This document shows positions 44,319-45,859 of a stretch of 45,859 bases of DNA, in pieces. Origin of the DNA: a virus (Duplodnaviria > Caudoviricetes); the IMG/VR virus record IMGVR_UViG_3300049165_000082, positions 1 to 45,859 of that record; one strand, given 5' to 3'. Numbering within the stretch: position 1 is the first letter of the stretch; the number at the start of each line of letters is the position of its first letter. The position numbers and the translations under genes are program-made. Below the pieces are notes generated by a model. It did no database searches. It saw only the letters and a program-made list of their open reading frames with translations, and was not told the DNA's origin.

Positions 44319-44960
44319 ATGACGATCAACCACAGGACCGAAGCAGAGAAGCACCTGGAAACAGCGGCCCGCCACCTGACCGAAGAGCCCGCTGACATGC
44401 GGATCGCCGAGGTCGCCGCCTGGATCGGGCAGGGCCACGCCGCCCTCGCCCGCCACGAGGAACAGGCCGCCCGGGACGCCGACCTGCGGGAAGCCCTCTA
44501 CTCCCTGCGCCGCCGCTTCAACGACACCCGCACCCTCGTCGCCGCGCACATCGCCGACGGACTCGCCAGCCGAGAGAAAGACCGCTGGAAGGCGGCCATC
44601 GACCTCACCAAGGCACTCGACGAAGCCCACTGCAACCTGGACGACCTCGTCGACGCCCGCCTCTCCGACGACGGATGGGACCCGCGATCCGCCTACAAGA
44701 CCCCGTCATCCCTCGCGCCCGCCAACGACCCGTGGGCGGCCGCACCGGACATCACCGCCGACATCCCCGAGCCGGTCGTGCGGGTCATTGCCGGGCACCT
44801 CGCCGAAATGCTCCTCGGCAACCAGAGCGAGGACGTCCACCAGTGGGCCCGCGGCATCGCCTTCGAACTGAAGCGAGTCGGCGCCGACATCACCCCAGCC
44901 ATCGAAAAGCGAATCCACGAACTCACCCTCGGCCGCGACCCGTCCGACCCGCCCTTCTAG
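44319..44960 (+). CDS. Hypothetical protein
   Basis: AGGAG RBS; ends DPPF. Confidence 0.7.
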   Translation: MTINHRTEAEKHLETAARHLTEEPADMRIAEVAAWIGQGHAALARHEEQAARDADLREALYSLRRRFNDTRTLVAAHIADGLASREKDRWKAAIDLTKALDEAHCNLDDLVDARLSDDGWDPRSAYKTPSSLAPANDPWAAAPDITADIPEPVVRVIAGHLAEMLLGNQSEDVHQWARGIAFELKRVGADITPAIEKRIHELTLGRDPSDPPF

Positions 44961-45025
44961 CCCGCACACGCGAACGGCCGGCCCGCGGGCAATGCGGGCC
45001 GGCCCCTCACCCAAGGGAATCACAC

Positions 45026-45460
45026 ATGACCGACCAGCCGTACACCGACGACGATCTCCGCGCCCTTGCGGCGAAGCTACAGGCGCAAGCCGCTCTCGAC
45101 GCCGACGACCAGATCCGGAGCGCCGTCCAACGCCGCTGGGCTGGGAAAGCCAGCGACGAGCAGATCGACGAGGCGTGCGACGAACTCGTCAGCCTCCTCG
45201 ACAGCGCGGTCGACATGTCCACCTGGTCTGTGAACCTCGGCGCCCGCTACCTGAAGTCCACTACCGAGCTCGCGTGGGGCCGCGGAGGCGACGCGTGGGA
45301 CCTCGCCGTGCAGATCGCCCACCGGCCCGGCCTGTCGACGGAACTCCGCGACGCACTCACCGCGGCCATCCGAGGCGCCGTGAACCTCGTCCTCGACAAC
45401 CGAGGCATCACCGACACCCACCTCCTGCACCACACCAGGCCCGAGGAGACCGCGTCATGA
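45026..45460 (+). CDS. Hypothetical protein
   Basis: MTDQPYTDDDLR; coupled to the next gene. Confidence 0.65.
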   Translation: MTDQPYTDDDLRALAAKLQAQAALDADDQIRSAVQRRWAGKASDEQIDEACDELVSLLDSAVDMSTWSVNLGARYLKSTTELAWGRGGDAWDLAVQIAHRPGLSTELRDALTAAIRGAVNLVLDNRGITDTHLLHHTRPEETAS

Positions 45461-45804
45461 CCGCCACCGTGCAGCCCGCCCTCGACGGCAGCGTCCCCGA
45501 ACCGCCCAAGACGAAGACGCAGCGGCAGGCCGAGGACTACGAGACGTGGCTCGCCGAAGTCTGGCCCGTGTTCATAGCCGCCGCGGCGACCGGCCGCACC
45601 TTCACCTGCTTCGAGATCGCCGACGCGCACGACCTCCCCGCGCCGCCGAATCCGCAAGCCCACTGGGGGCGGCTGATGACGCTGCTGAAGGACGAGGGCT
45701 ACGTCCGCACCGCCGGCTGGGCCGTGACCAACCGGCCCACCGCCCACCACAGCGGAGTCCGCACCTGGAAGGGCACCGCCGCAGCACGGAGGGCCGCCGC
45801 ATGA
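45457..45804 (+). CDS. Hypothetical protein, possible winged helix
   Basis: FTCFEIA...PPNPQAHWG..LKDEGYV...SGVRTW. Confidence 0.65.
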   Translation: MTATVQPALDGSVPEPPKTKTQRQAEDYETWLAEVWPVFIAAAATGRTFTCFEIADAHDLPAPPNPQAHWGRLMTLLKDEGYVRTAGWAVTNRPTAHHSGVRTWKGTAAARRAAA

Positions 45805-45859
45805 ACCTCGCCTGGATCGTGCCCGCCGTCCTCGTCCCCGGCGCCGTGATGGCCGTCGT
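45801..45859 (+). CDS. Partial hydrophobic ORF truncated by the window end
   Basis: GGAGG plus ATGA overlap; MNLAWIVPAVLVPGAVMAV. Confidence 0.5.
   Translation, partial: MNLAWIVPAVLVPGAVMAV

Larger units (their letters stand above)
1..45859. mobile_element. Temperate siphovirus (actinobacteriophage, probably Streptomyces), partial genome
   Basis: Complete siphoviral morphogenesis order, amidase/holin without LysB, integrase-attP-repressor-Cro, RecET. Confidence 0.95.

Noticed and set aside
37026-45804. C-terminal -AA ends as ssrA-like degradation tags
   Set aside because: More simply explained by the overlapping RBS/start sequence of the next gene.

Overview
This high-GC window is most of a temperate siphovirus genome, most likely from Streptomyces or a close actinomycete. 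It is in the excised (attP) gene order. Left arm (0.1-22.4 kb): terminase, portal, capsid, tail and lysis genes. It has a GT4 glycosyltransferase translationally coupled to the major capsid gene, a GGGAAAG tail-chaperone frameshift and a tape measure protein with an NlpC/P60-like domain. Centre (22.4-32.5 kb): an accessory region with a second, Cre-like tyrosine recombinase and a candidate target site, a GNAT protein, an NHEJ Ku, a ~350-nt hairpin-dense non-coding block and many small leaderless transcription units. Several of these units have RecA-NDp/PafBC-type or LexA-type DNA-damage promoter motifs. 32.5-35.8 kb: attP, integrase and a repressor/Cro switch. Right arm: an excisionase-like gene, a PAPS-reductase/DndC-family gene, about 20 small coupled ORFs and RecE/RecT-like genes; the window ends inside a gene. 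Best candidates for new biology: (1) virion glycosylation, since the capsid and tail tube both end in -GS; (2) damage-inducible structured RNAs and a tape-measure-mimic peptide in the central region; (3) a Cre/lox-like resolvase plus Ku module. All family assignments come from reading motifs by eye; no database search was run.
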